Of a stretch of DNA of 43,170 nucleotides, positions 16,258 to 26,046 are shown piece by piece (the stretch's first letter is position 1; the number at the start of each line of letters is the position of its first letter). The stretch lies in NCBI GenBank assembly GCA_964508125.1, contig CAZDTC010000002.1, forward strand, positions 1 to 43,170, in the 5' to 3' direction. The stretch comes from an uncultured Candidatus Kuenenia sp. GTDB taxonomy: Bacteria; Planctomycetota; Planctomycetia; Pirellulales; UBA1268. Both the position numbers and the translations under genes were made by a program. A model generated the notes under the pieces. The model made no database searches and was not told where the DNA came from. It saw nothing but the letters and a program-made list of their open reading frames with translations.

Positions 16258-17795
16258 TAGACCTCTCCGTCAGACCTTCGCGACGCCGCGCCGTGACAGC
16301 GCACGTCGTGCTCGGACTGCTGTTGCAGTTCGTGTTCGTGTTGCAGTCGCTCGTGATCCTGCCCCTGTGCATCCGCACGATCGGCGCCGCCCCCTACGGA
16401 TTTTGGCTTGCCAGCGGCGGAATCATGTCGTGGCTGGCGATCGCGAATTTCGGTTCCGCAGGGCTCACCATGCAGCGGTGCGCTGCAGCCTACGGCCGGA
16501 GCGACCTGGCGGCAGCCCGCGATTGGTTCATGCACGGCGTGGTCGTGGCTGCGGCATCGGCAGCGGTGCTGCTCGCGCTTCTGCTCCCCGTTGCAGCATT
16601 CACGCCAACGTGGCTTGGCGCTCGGGGAAGCGTGGCAGCAGCTCTCTCCGGCGGCATGGTGGTCGCAGGCTGCGGAGCAGCCATTTCCCCGCTCAACGAC
16701 ACCGCTCGGGGATTTGTGTGTGCCCTGCAGCGCAACAGTTTTGCCATGGGGGCCGAGCTCACGGCTGCTGCCATATCGCTGGTGTTTACGATCTGGTCGC
16801 TCCTGGCTGGCTGGGGAATCGCGGGCCTGGCATGGGGCTCGCTGCTGAGAATGGCCCTCGCGCTCGGGCTCAATGCCGTTGTCGCGGCCCTGTGTGCGAC
16901 GCAAGCCGCAGCATCCACGCGCTGGTCGCGGGCCATCATGGCTGAATACGGCAAAACGCTCGGTCCTCTTTGGGGAGCGAGTGTCGTCGGGCAGCTCGTT
17001 CCGCAGCTGCCGCTCGTCGTGCTGGCCAAGGCGCTCGGTCCGGAGGTCGGTCCGGCCGCTTCCCTCGCCTACACAGCCACCACGCGGCCTATCGCCCTGG
17101 CCGAGATGTTTACGATGCATGCGATCAGCAGCACGTCGTCGGCCATCACGCACCTCGTCGAGGATCCCCACGCAGCCGGAACGGCTTCGGCACGCGTGAG
17201 AGCAATGTCGTCGGCCGTGTATGCGGCCATCGCTGGCGGTGTGGCGCTGTATTGCCTGGGCGACGAGGGATTCGTGAATCTCTGGGTCGGCCACGATGCA
17301 TTCATGGGGCAGGCGTTCGTGCTGGCGGCGGCGGTGGCTTCAGTCGCTTCGATTCAGCTCCGCTGGCTCATAAATCTGGGCACGAGCCTGGGCATGGTGG
17401 CATCCACGGCCGTGTTTCAGGCCGTCGAGGGCGTGGCCCGGGCCGCGGCGATGATCGTGGGCGTGGCCTACCTCGGCCCGATCGGGATTCCTTTGACTGG
17501 GGCTGCGGTGATGGTGTGCAGCGCGAGTTTCATCGAACGAAGGCTGGCCGAGCACCGTGCCTTTCCCGTCGCCGGCACGGGGCGCTGGGGCTGGCTGCTG
17601 CGGGCAGTCGTCGCGTGTGGCGTTGCCTGCCTCGCGGCCCGTTTCATGCCTCGCGCAGACTGGGCTTCGTGGGTCTTCGGCATGACACTGGGCGGGCTGG
17701 CCGCAGCATTGGCAGTGCTCTTCGCATCAAGCGAGATACGCGGATGGATTCGGGGATGGTCAGCGCAGCAGATCAAGCGGTTCCGGGCTGTATGA
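16254..17795 (+). CDS. wzx: Wzx-type oligosaccharide flippase (MOP superfamily)
   Basis: 513 aa with about 12-14 hydrophobic helices. The N-terminus (VLGLLLQFVFVLQSLVILPLCIRTIGAAPYGFWLASGGIMSWL) is typical of polysaccharide biosynthesis/flippase proteins. ATGA overlap. Confidence 0.8.
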   Translation: MIDLSVRPSRRRAVTAHVVLGLLLQFVFVLQSLVILPLCIRTIGAAPYGFWLASGGIMSWLAIANFGSAGLTMQRCAAAYGRSDLAAARDWFMHGVVVAAASAAVLLALLLPVAAFTPTWLGARGSVAAALSGGMVVAGCGAAISPLNDTARGFVCALQRNSFAMGAELTAAAISLVFTIWSLLAGWGIAGLAWGSLLRMALALGLNAVVAALCATQAAASTRWSRAIMAEYGKTLGPLWGASVVGQLVPQLPLVVLAKALGPEVGPAASLAYTATTRPIALAEMFTMHAISSTSSAITHLVEDPHAAGTASARVRAMSSAVYAAIAGGVALYCLGDEGFVNLWVGHDAFMGQAFVLAAAVASVASIQLRWLINLGTSLGMVASTAVFQAVEGVARAAAMIVGVAYLGPIGIPLTGAAVMVCSASFIERRLAEHRAFPVAGTGRWGWLLRAVVACGVACLAARFMPRADWASWVFGMTLGGLAAALAVLFASSEIRGWIRGWSAQQIKRFRAV

Positions 17796-18982
17796 CCTCG
17801 CCTCATCGGCGGGAGCGACGAGGCCTGTGGCTCGGTCCGATGCCAAGCCACGCCGCGCTGGCCGAACTTCCGGCCCTCAGCCCCGCAGCCGTGCTCTGGG
17901 AGGAGGGGTTTTTCTCCGGATTGAAAGCCCAAGGGTTCGAGATCACCGTCGTCAGCCACCGGCCCGAACCTCTCTGGCCAAGAGGGCGATTAGCGCCAGG
18001 CACGCAGCCGGCTCCAGACGACGCTTCGTTTCCGACCCACATCGTCGGCCACACGAATGCACCGGGCTTTCGTGCCCGGTCGCTCGGTCGGGCGTACGGA
18101 TACAAAGTCTTGGACCTAGTGGCCAGAGGCCCATACGCATTCGTGGCGACCTTCAATCCGTTGCCCTGGCATGTGGCGGCCGCCACGGCGCTCGTCCGGA
18201 AGCATGGAACGCCTTGGGTGTCATTTCTGCTGGATGATGTGCTGCACGACCCCACGCTCGAGCGCTACGCCCGCGCAACGCGGCTCGCCGCAGGGCATGT
18301 CATCCTCTCGGCTACTGCTGTCGAGAGATTCACGACTCTCTTGCCAGGAGCGCCGGTGCTTCATCTCGATGGCGCGATTGACCGCTGGCGAGGAGACGAT
18401 TCCGAGCGAGACCGCCCGGGGCGACCGCGGGTCGTGTATAGCGGTGCCCACACCCAGGAAGCCGGTATGTCGCTTCTCGTGGCGGCGATTCCACTCGTGA
18501 CCGCCGACGTCACGTTTACGATCACGGGGGATCGCGGCCGGCATCAGGACTTGGGACAACTCGCCACCCGCGACTCCCGGGTGCAGACGGTCGGCTGGGT
18601 GCCGCCAGCGACGATCGATGAGATCTGCCGTTCCGCCACCGCTTTCGTGAATCCCAGACCCCCAGCCCACGGCCTGAGCCTGGCCTCATTTCCATCGAAG
18701 CTCATGACCTATCTGGCCTATGGCAAGCCGGTCGCGAGCACGTGGACTCCCGGCCTGGCCGATGTTTACAAGGAGCTGCTCGTTGTTGCCGATGGCGATA
18801 CGCCCCGCGCGCTCGCGGCCGCAATCGAGCGGGCGGTGTCGATGGACACCCACAGCCGCCATGTTCTCCGCAACAAAATCAGGGCTTTCCTAGTGCCGGG
18901 AAGGCTCTGGGCAACGCAGGGCCTGCGGTTTGCCGACTTTCTTGACCGTCGGATCAACGCAGTCGAGCTGGCGACCCGATGA
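17792..18982 (+). CDS. GT-B-type glycosyltransferase (divergent)
   Basis: The C-terminal FVNPRPPAHGLSLASFPSKLMTYLAYGKPVAST resembles the GT1/GT4 sugar-donor-binding segment. ATGA overlap at both ends. Confidence 0.75.
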   Translation: MTSPHRRERRGLWLGPMPSHAALAELPALSPAAVLWEEGFFSGLKAQGFEITVVSHRPEPLWPRGRLAPGTQPAPDDASFPTHIVGHTNAPGFRARSLGRAYGYKVLDLVARGPYAFVATFNPLPWHVAAATALVRKHGTPWVSFLLDDVLHDPTLERYARATRLAAGHVILSATAVERFTTLLPGAPVLHLDGAIDRWRGDDSERDRPGRPRVVYSGAHTQEAGMSLLVAAIPLVTADVTFTITGDRGRHQDLGQLATRDSRVQTVGWVPPATIDEICRSATAFVNPRPPAHGLSLASFPSKLMTYLAYGKPVASTWTPGLADVYKELLVVADGDTPRALAAAIERAVSMDTHSRHVLRNKIRAFLVPGRLWATQGLRFADFLDRRINAVELATR

Positions 18983-19755
18983 AGCAAACGGCAGAACGCG
19001 AATGGATCCTGGGGCTCCCAGTTTCGACCGCTGCGCTTGACGATGTGGCCGACACGCTCTGCGGCTGGGTCGCGAAAGGCGGGCCCGCTCGCTATTTCGT
19101 TTGCATGAATCCCCACTCGTTCGAGTGCGCGCGCCGGGATCAGGGCTTCATGGCCGCTGCCTCGGCTGCCGATCTACTTGTTCCCGACGGGATCGGCGTG
19201 GTCATGGCCTCGCGGTTGCGCGGAGGATCGATCCGTCATCGCGTTTGCGGCCCTGAAATTTTCATGGCCGTCACCAAACGATTGAATGACGAGGGGGGGA
19301 GATCGGTGTTTTTTCTAGGGGGAAGGCAGAACACGCTGGACCGAGTGGTGGAACGGCACCAGCGGGAGTTCCCACGCGTCCGCATCGCCGGCTGCCTCGC
19401 ACCGCCCTACAAGCCCATGTTTGACGAGGCCGACAAAGCCGCCATGGCTGCAGCCGTCAATACTTCAAAAGCCGACGTTCTCTGGGTGGGCCTCGGGTCG
19501 CCCAAACAGGAACGCTGGAGCCACGAGATCCGTGGGATGGTATCCGCGAGTGTGATCGGGCCGATCGGTGCCATGTTTGACTTCTATGCCGGCACGATGC
19601 CGATGGCTCCACGCTGGATTCAGGCTGCAGGCATGCAGTGGCTCTATCGGCTCGCGAAGGAGCCTCGTAGGCTTTGGCGACGCAACATAGACGGTCCTTT
19701 ATTCGCCCTGCGGGCGCTGCTGGAACCCCGGCGCGGCCCTCCTGAAAGAAAGTAG
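18979..19755 (+). CDS. WecG/TagA/CpsF-family glycosyltransferase (GT26)
   Basis: Motifs: NPHSFECARRD, LLVPDGIGVVMASRL, VFFLGG, ADVLWVGLGSPKQERW, and GAMFDFYAGTMPMAPRWIQAAGMQWLYRLAKEPRRLWRR. Confidence 0.9.
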   Translation: MKQTAEREWILGLPVSTAALDDVADTLCGWVAKGGPARYFVCMNPHSFECARRDQGFMAAASAADLLVPDGIGVVMASRLRGGSIRHRVCGPEIFMAVTKRLNDEGGRSVFFLGGRQNTLDRVVERHQREFPRVRIAGCLAPPYKPMFDEADKAAMAAAVNTSKADVLWVGLGSPKQERWSHEIRGMVSASVIGPIGAMFDFYAGTMPMAPRWIQAAGMQWLYRLAKEPRRLWRRNIDGPLFALRALLEPRRGPPERK

Positions 19756-19760
19756 TCCAC

Positions 19761-21047
19761 ATGACTTCGCACTTTGATCCTGCCCGGATAGCAATCGTGG
19801 GCATGGGATATGTCGGCCTTCCGCTCGCGCTGCAGTTTTGCCGGTCCGGGGTCAGCGTGACGGGCCTGGATATCGATACCGCCAAGGTAGATTCCATAAA
19901 TAGGGGCACGAGCTACATCCGTCACATCGCCTCTTCCGAGATCTCCCAGGCGACGGCCGCAGGGCACTTTCGAGCCACGACCGACTTCGCAGCCTGTGGA
20001 GACGCATCTGCGGTTTTGATCTGCGTTCCCACACCGCTCGACGAGCACCACGAGCCCGATATCTCCTACGTGCTCGACACAGGCAGGGCCATCGCGCCGC
20101 ACCTGCCTCGCGGTTGCCTCGTGGTGCTCGAGTCCACGACCTATCCGGGCACAACGGACGGCGAATTACGTGACGTACTCGAGGCTGGGTCGGGCTTGAA
20201 GGCGGGAGTGGACTTTCATCTGGCCTTCTCTCCCGAACGAGAGGACCCAGGCCGCACTTCGAGCACCGTCAAGACCATCCCGAAGGTGGTGGGCGGGCTG
20301 ACGCCGGCGTGCCGCGACCGCGCAGCGGCGCTCTACGGGCGTGCAGTGGATCGAGTCGTAACCGTGTCGTCATGCCGGGTGGCGGAGGCCACGAAGCTGC
20401 TGGAGAATATTTTCCGGTCCGTGAACATCGCGCTAGTCAACGAACTAAAGGTCGTCTACGAGGCGATGGGCATCGATGTGTGGGAAGTGATCGAAGCCGC
20501 AAAGACGAAGCCTTTTGGATTCATGGCGTTCTACCCGGGCCCCGGCCTGGGGGGACATTGCATTCCGATCGATCCCTTCTATCTCACGTGGAAGGCCCGA
20601 GAGTTTGGCCAGCACACTCGGTTCATCGAGCTTGCCGGGGAGATCAATACCGCCATGCCCGAGCATGTGGTGCGCGTCGTTTCGCGCGCTCTCAACGACG
20701 ACTCCAAGCCCGTACGGGGCAGCACGGTGATGCTCGCCGGCCTGGCCTACAAGCCGAATGTCGACGACGAGCGTGAATCGCCAGCGTATGTAATCATGAA
20801 AAAACTCGAGTCGTTCGGAGCCACGGTGCTCTACAACGATCCTTTTGTACCGGTGATCCGACCGACCCGCGAGCACCCCGAGTTTGCCGGGCGACGATCG
20901 TCTCCGCTGACCACGCCCGTCGATGCCATCGTGATCGTGACGGCTCATGACGAATATCGCACCTTCGACTGGGCAGCATTGCCCTGCCCGGTGATCGACT
21001 CCCGCAACGCCGTGACCGCCCGCCCGAAGAAGTATTATCGCGCATGA
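19761..21047 (+). CDS. UDP-N-acetyl-hexosamine 6-dehydrogenase family (WecC/WbpA/Cap5O-like nucleotide-sugar dehydrogenase)
   Basis: N-terminal IAIVGMGYVGLPLALQF; ATKLLENIFRSVNIALVNE; catalytic-Cys segment PGPGLGGHCIPIDPFYL; and LAGLAYKPNVDDERESPA. Confidence 0.9.
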   Translation: MTSHFDPARIAIVGMGYVGLPLALQFCRSGVSVTGLDIDTAKVDSINRGTSYIRHIASSEISQATAAGHFRATTDFAACGDASAVLICVPTPLDEHHEPDISYVLDTGRAIAPHLPRGCLVVLESTTYPGTTDGELRDVLEAGSGLKAGVDFHLAFSPEREDPGRTSSTVKTIPKVVGGLTPACRDRAAALYGRAVDRVVTVSSCRVAEATKLLENIFRSVNIALVNELKVVYEAMGIDVWEVIEAAKTKPFGFMAFYPGPGLGGHCIPIDPFYLTWKAREFGQHTRFIELAGEINTAMPEHVVRVVSRALNDDSKPVRGSTVMLAGLAYKPNVDDERESPAYVIMKKLESFGATVLYNDPFVPVIRPTREHPEFAGRRSSPLTTPVDAIVIVTAHDEYRTFDWAALPCPVIDSRNAVTARPKKYYRA

Positions 21048-22351
21048 CCGACCAGATTCTTACGCTCGATTCATCCAGTCCACAGCGGCGACTGCATGTC
21101 TTGATGTGCGCTGGCGCGTGCCACCCCGACCTGGGCTCGGAATTCGCCGTCGGGTGGCAGTGGGTCACCGCGGCAGCACGGCATCATCGAGTGACTGTCG
21201 TCACCGGCGACGCGAATGGAGCGGCCAAGGCGATCCAGAAGCGGCTTGACCAGGATTCCGAACTTCGGAAAAACCTGTCTGTTCGAGCCATTCCTTGGTT
21301 CGACCCGCCGCGATCTCGGATGCTCGAACGGCTCTGGGTGGCTGTGCCGCCGATTTATTACTGGCATTACCGCCGCTGGCTTCGGGAGGCTGCCGAGGAG
21401 ATGCGCCGCGTCGTCGAATCGGATCCGGTCGACATCGTCCATCACGTCACATACATCTGCTACCGGGAGCCCGGGATGGCCTGGACGCTCGGCCGCCCCT
21501 TTGTCTGGGGGCCGATTGGTGGCACGCAGGACGTGCCGTGGGCATTTCTGCCATCGCTGGGGCTCTACGACGGATGTCGCCATGCGGCGCGGAATCTGCT
21601 GAACTGGTGGGAGCTTCACTGGCGCAGCGACGTTGCGCAGGCGATGCGTGCGTCTGCCGGACTGTCGGCTGTGGCGAGCGACACACAGGATGAGATCCGT
21701 CGGGTTTTCGCCAGATCGAGCGTGGTCATCCCCGCAACCTCCTGTGGCAACGGCATCTCGGCTGAGCGTGCGTCCCGGAGCAACGAATCGGTGCGTTTCG
21801 TGTTTTCGGGGCTGCACATCGCTCGCAAGGGCCTTCCGTTTGCGTTGGACGCCCTCGGCCGCCTCAGGGATCTGCCGTGGTCGCTCGACGTGCTCGGATC
21901 CGGGCCATTGACCGAGCCTTGGAAGCGGCGTGCGGAGCGGCTCGGCATTGCCGACCGGGTGCGTTTCCACGGCTTCCTTCCCCGCGCGGAGGCGGTGCGC
22001 GTCATGGCGGCGGCCGATGCATTCGTTTTTCCCTCGCTGCAGGAAGGCTGGCCCACGGTCGTGATCGAGGCGCTGAGCCTCGGCTTGCCGGTGGTCACGA
22101 CGCGCCAGCACGGCATGGCGGACATGATCGACGAAACATGCGGTTTTCCACTGCGCGTCGACAGTCCCGGGCAACTAGTCGATGATCTGACATGCGCACT
22201 GCGCATATTGGCTTCAGATCGCGACACGCTGCAATCGCTCTCCGCGGGCGCCTGTCGACGCGCAGAGCATTTCAGCAGGGATCACCAGATACAGGCGATC
22301 GACTCGCTCTATCGCCAGGCCCTCGATACAGCCGGGGGAACGACACGATGA
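21044..22351 (+). CDS. Glycosyltransferase family 4
   Basis: FVFPSLQEGWPTVVIEALSLGLPVVTTRQHGMADMIDETCGF is the E-x7-E region. ATGA overlaps at both ends. Confidence 0.9.
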   Translation: MTDQILTLDSSSPQRRLHVLMCAGACHPDLGSEFAVGWQWVTAAARHHRVTVVTGDANGAAKAIQKRLDQDSELRKNLSVRAIPWFDPPRSRMLERLWVAVPPIYYWHYRRWLREAAEEMRRVVESDPVDIVHHVTYICYREPGMAWTLGRPFVWGPIGGTQDVPWAFLPSLGLYDGCRHAARNLLNWWELHWRSDVAQAMRASAGLSAVASDTQDEIRRVFARSSVVIPATSCGNGISAERASRSNESVRFVFSGLHIARKGLPFALDALGRLRDLPWSLDVLGSGPLTEPWKRRAERLGIADRVRFHGFLPRAEAVRVMAAADAFVFPSLQEGWPTVVIEALSLGLPVVTTRQHGMADMIDETCGFPLRVDSPGQLVDDLTCALRILASDRDTLQSLSAGACRRAEHFSRDHQIQAIDSLYRQALDTAGGTTR

Positions 22352-23211
22352 CGAACAGCGGCCTGATCGATTCCGTCTGCCCCGTGTGCGGCGAGTCTGC
22401 TTCGGAACCCTATGCCGAGGAGAATGGGTTTCGGTTGGTGCGTTGCAAAGAGTGCATGCTCCTGTACGTGACCCCGCGGCCTGACCCGGAAGCGACGGCC
22501 GCTGCCCATGAGTATGGACTACATCACGGTGATACAGCGCTTGCCGTGACCGGCCGCTACCGCCCTTCCAGAATCCGCAAATATCTCGGTGTTCTCCGAG
22601 ATATTTATGGGCCATCACTCCCCGCCGGCTTGGCATCATGGGTTGACATCGGATGCGGCCACGGCGAGTTTCTCGCCGCACTGCGGGCATTTGGCGGCGC
22701 CCGGCTCTCGCTCATTGGCCTCGAACCAAATGTGCTCAAGGCCGGGGGGTGCGTCAGCCGCGGCCTCGATGTCCGCACCTGTGCCCTGGAAGAAGTGCCG
22801 GGCACATTTTCCGCAATCTCGCTCTTAAACGTCTTCTCTCATCTGCAGGATCCAAAGGCTTTTCTCCGTGATTGCGCTGCTCGGCTCGAACCAGGCGGGG
22901 AATTACTTCTCGAGACGGGCGACACGGCACACTTTCCTCCGGAACACCACCCTCGCCCCCTCTATCTGCCAGATCACCTTCTATTTGGCAATGAAGCAAT
23001 AATCCGGCGCGTGTTTCGTGACCTGAACCTCGACGTCATAACGGTGCATACCTATTCCGCTGTGTCGCCCATCCCCTGGCAAGTGCTCAAGGAGTGCCAA
23101 CTTGCGTTTCGGGCACGACGCATGCCGCGGCTTTTTGCTGCGCTTTGCCGCTGGTCGCGGGAACGCGGACGCAAAATCGACATGTATGTACGCGCACGCA
23201 AGACTACCTGA
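22348..23211 (+). CDS. Class I SAM-dependent methyltransferase with N-terminal zinc ribbon
   Basis: CPVCGES...CKECMLLYV is a CxxC...CxxC zinc ribbon. Motif I is WVDIGCGHGEFL, followed by ISLLNVFSHLQDP and GGELLLE. Confidence 0.85.
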   Translation: MTNSGLIDSVCPVCGESASEPYAEENGFRLVRCKECMLLYVTPRPDPEATAAAHEYGLHHGDTALAVTGRYRPSRIRKYLGVLRDIYGPSLPAGLASWVDIGCGHGEFLAALRAFGGARLSLIGLEPNVLKAGGCVSRGLDVRTCALEEVPGTFSAISLLNVFSHLQDPKAFLRDCAARLEPGGELLLETGDTAHFPPEHHPRPLYLPDHLLFGNEAIIRRVFRDLNLDVITVHTYSAVSPIPWQVLKECQLAFRARRMPRLFAALCRWSRERGRKIDMYVRARKTT

Positions 23212-23214
23212 ACG

Positions 23215-24129
23215 ATGCAAACGCCGGCTGTAGCGATCATCGTCTTCAATCGTCCAGAGGTTGTCAGGCAACTTCTCGCCCGCTTGGTGGAACTGAGGCC
23301 CAAGACATTATTCGTGATTGGCGACGGTCCGCGGCCGCACAAGCGTGGGGAGGCGGAGCTCGTCCAGGCCGTCCGCGAGCAGGTGGAAAAGGTTCCGTGG
23401 CCGTGCGAGCTTGTTACGGACTATGCAGCTGAAAACCTCGGCTGCCGTCGGCGGGTTGTCAGCGGGCTGAATTGGGTATTTGCCCAGGTCGATCAGGCAA
23501 TCATCTTGGAGGATGACTGCCTGCCCACGCCTTCGTTCATGACGTACGCCGGCGAACTGCTTGATCGCTTTCGTGACGACTCGCGAATCGGCTCGGTTTG
23601 CGGTTCGCTTTCCGTGCCCTCCATCCCGCCGATCGACGGCGACTACTTCTTCTCACGGTACAACCTCTTCACCGGCTGGGCGACATGGCGCCGGGCATGG
23701 TCACTCTACGATGATGACATGCGGCCCGTCGACGATGGCAGCCTAGATCGAGTCCTCGAAGCGACCTTCGAACACCAAAGAGCACGCTGGTATTGGCGCT
23801 ATGTGTTGCGCCGCACTCACGCCGGGCTGATCAACAGCTGGGGATATCGCTGGATGCTGTCATGCTGGGCAAACTCCATGCTGGCCGCCTTTCCACGCTG
23901 TACCCTCGTCGACAATGTGGGCTTTGGCGACGACGCGACGAACACGCGCGGTCAGGCCTGGTATTTCCGTCAGAGGCTCGGCGAGCTTCCGTCGCCGCTG
24001 GCGCACCCCCGGCACGTGTGCCGCAACGCCGAGATCGACCGCATGGTCGAAGATGCACGATACAGCAAGAACGTCGCTGGACGCCTCCGCTGGGCTTTGG
24101 AGAGACTGAACCATGGCACTCGCAACTGA
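23215..24129 (+). CDS. GT-A-fold glycosyltransferase (GT2/GnT-I-like)
   Basis: VAIIVFNRPEVVRQLL, LFVIGDGPR and ILEDDCLP (an EDD-type DxD motif). Confidence 0.75.
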   Translation: MQTPAVAIIVFNRPEVVRQLLARLVELRPKTLFVIGDGPRPHKRGEAELVQAVREQVEKVPWPCELVTDYAAENLGCRRRVVSGLNWVFAQVDQAIILEDDCLPTPSFMTYAGELLDRFRDDSRIGSVCGSLSVPSIPPIDGDYFFSRYNLFTGWATWRRAWSLYDDDMRPVDDGSLDRVLEATFEHQRARWYWRYVLRRTHAGLINSWGYRWMLSCWANSMLAAFPRCTLVDNVGFGDDATNTRGQAWYFRQRLGELPSPLAHPRHVCRNAEIDRMVEDARYSKNVAGRLRWALERLNHGTRN

Positions 24130-24883
24130 CCACGCACACGCCGCGCCAACCGCCCGTCGCCGCTCTCTTCTCGAACGGATCGGGCGCGTGCTGTTCAAGG
24201 TGCCGAACGAGACGCTGCGTGACGAGTGGGTAAAAAAAACGGTCGCTGCCATCCCGCCGGGCCAGAAGATTCTCGACGCCGGGTGTGGCTCGCAGCAGTA
24301 TCGGCCTTGCTGTTCCCACCTGCAGTACTTTGGACAGGACTTCGGCGGCTACGACGGCGTGGGTGATGAAGAAGGCCTCGCCATCGAGGGATATCAATAC
24401 GGAAACCTCGCATACCGCTGCGACATATGGGCGATCCCTGAACGCAACGACACCTTCGATGTGGTGCTATGCACGGAAGTGCTCGAGCACATTCCCTATC
24501 CAAACGAGACGATCAAGGAACTCGTGCGGTTGACGAAGCCCGGCGGGATGCTGATCGTCACCGCGCCGTTTTTCTCCATCCCGCACATGACGCCCTACTT
24601 TTTCATCAGCGGATACCATGAAAATTGGTACCGCAGGATATTTGCGGATAACAACTGCGAGATCATCGACGTGACCGCTGCCGGCGATGCATTCGCAAAT
24701 GTGCTGCAAGAGGTGATGCGGCTCTACAAGGTCGTGCAGCCGCTGCCGCTGAGAGTGCTGTTTGGGCTGTTCCTGGTGCCCGTGTGGTGCGTGCTCCGGC
24801 TGGGCATGGCCGCACAGTTTCCCGGCGCCAAATATCTGCCATTCGGGTATTACGTCCGGGCCAGGAAGCGGGCCCACGCGTGA
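24113..24883 (+). CDS. Class I SAM-dependent methyltransferase (hydrophobic C-terminal tail)
   Basis: KILDAGCGSQQY, FDVVLCTEVLEHIPYP and GGMLIVTAPF. The C-terminal LFGLFLVPVWCVLRLGM is hydrophobic. 17-nt overlap with the upstream gene. Confidence 0.85.
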   Translation: MALATDHAHAAPTARRRSLLERIGRVLFKVPNETLRDEWVKKTVAAIPPGQKILDAGCGSQQYRPCCSHLQYFGQDFGGYDGVGDEEGLAIEGYQYGNLAYRCDIWAIPERNDTFDVVLCTEVLEHIPYPNETIKELVRLTKPGGMLIVTAPFFSIPHMTPYFFISGYHENWYRRIFADNNCEIIDVTAAGDAFANVLQEVMRLYKVVQPLPLRVLFGLFLVPVWCVLRLGMAAQFPGAKYLPFGYYVRARKRAHA

Positions 24884-24918
24884 CGGCGGCAGCGTCCGCC
24901 GAGAGAAACCTCGCCGCT

Positions 24919-26046
24919 ATGCCGAAGCTGCTGATGGCATGCAGCACGGTTGCCGACGGGAGCGGCATGATGGCTGCCGTCGCCCCGCTCGCCAGCCAGC
25001 TGGCACGGCAGGGATTTGACGTGCGCCTGGCCGGGCCGGTCGGCCCAAGTGAGCGGCCGATCGACGACGACTCAGCGGATGGGGTGCGCGTCGATGTCTT
25101 AAGGCGGCAGCCGTTCTCGCCGCCCCCTCTGGCCGACGCATGGAATGCCGCATCGCGCGTAGCGAGCTTTGCAAGCGATGGCAGTCCCGCCGTCGTGCAC
25201 GTGCACGGAGTGTGGACGGCAGCCAATGCGGCCACGTGCCTGCGGTCTCGAGCGCTCGGCATTCCCTACGTCGTCAGTCCGCATGGCATGCTCCTGCCGG
25301 CGGCCATGCAACGCAGCGGGCTCAGGAAACGCTGCGCAATCGGTACTTTTGTCCGCCGAAACCTCGAGGCGGCCGCGTTGGTTCACGCCTCCTCCGAAGC
25401 AGAACGGGAATCGGTGCTGGCCGTGGCACCCGCGGCGCGCACGGTCGTCATTCCTTGGGGTGTGGATATTCCAGATGCGCCCAGGCGCCGTCCACCAAGC
25501 GACCGCAGACGGCAGGCCGCCTACATCGGACGCATCATCCCGCTCAAGGGCGTGGATGACCTCCTTGCCGCCTGGGATGACGTTCGTCCGCCCGGATGGG
25601 CCTTGCGATTCATCGGCTCTGATCCCGAGGGGCATGCAAGCCGCCTCACCAGCGCGATCGATTCGCTCGGGCTTCTTGATGCAGTGAGCATTCAACCTGC
25701 CATCGACCATGCGTCGCTCCTGCACTTGCTCCAGGAAATCGATCTCCTGATCTTGCCGTCGCACTCGGAAAACTTCGGCTTGGTGGCGGCAGAGGCGCTT
25801 GCAGCCGGAGTGGCCGTGATCACGACCACGGCAACCCCATGGCAGGCGGTCGTTCAAGAGCGATGCGGATGGTGGGTTTCCGATACGCGTGCAGGACTCG
25901 CCGCGGCCATTCGTGAGGCTTGCGGATTGCCTGCGGACGAGCTTGCCGCCATGGGAGCACGGGGACGCTCGTGGGTGGAGGAGGCGTTTGCGTGGGCAAC
26001 GATTTCATCCAGATTCACGTCAGAGCTCTACCAACCATGCGGTTGA
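24919..26046 (+). CDS. Glycosyltransferase family 4
   Basis: LILPSHSENFGLVAAEALAAGVAVITTTATPWQAVVQERCGWWV is the E-x7-E region. An alternative GTG start at 24880 would give a GTGA overlap. Confidence 0.9.
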   Translation: MPKLLMACSTVADGSGMMAAVAPLASQLARQGFDVRLAGPVGPSERPIDDDSADGVRVDVLRRQPFSPPPLADAWNAASRVASFASDGSPAVVHVHGVWTAANAATCLRSRALGIPYVVSPHGMLLPAAMQRSGLRKRCAIGTFVRRNLEAAALVHASSEAERESVLAVAPAARTVVIPWGVDIPDAPRRRPPSDRRRQAAYIGRIIPLKGVDDLLAAWDDVRPPGWALRFIGSDPEGHASRLTSAIDSLGLLDAVSIQPAIDHASLLHLLQEIDLLILPSHSENFGLVAAEALAAGVAVITTTATPWQAVVQERCGWWVSDTRAGLAAAIREACGLPADELAAMGARGRSWVEEAFAWATISSRFTSELYQPCG

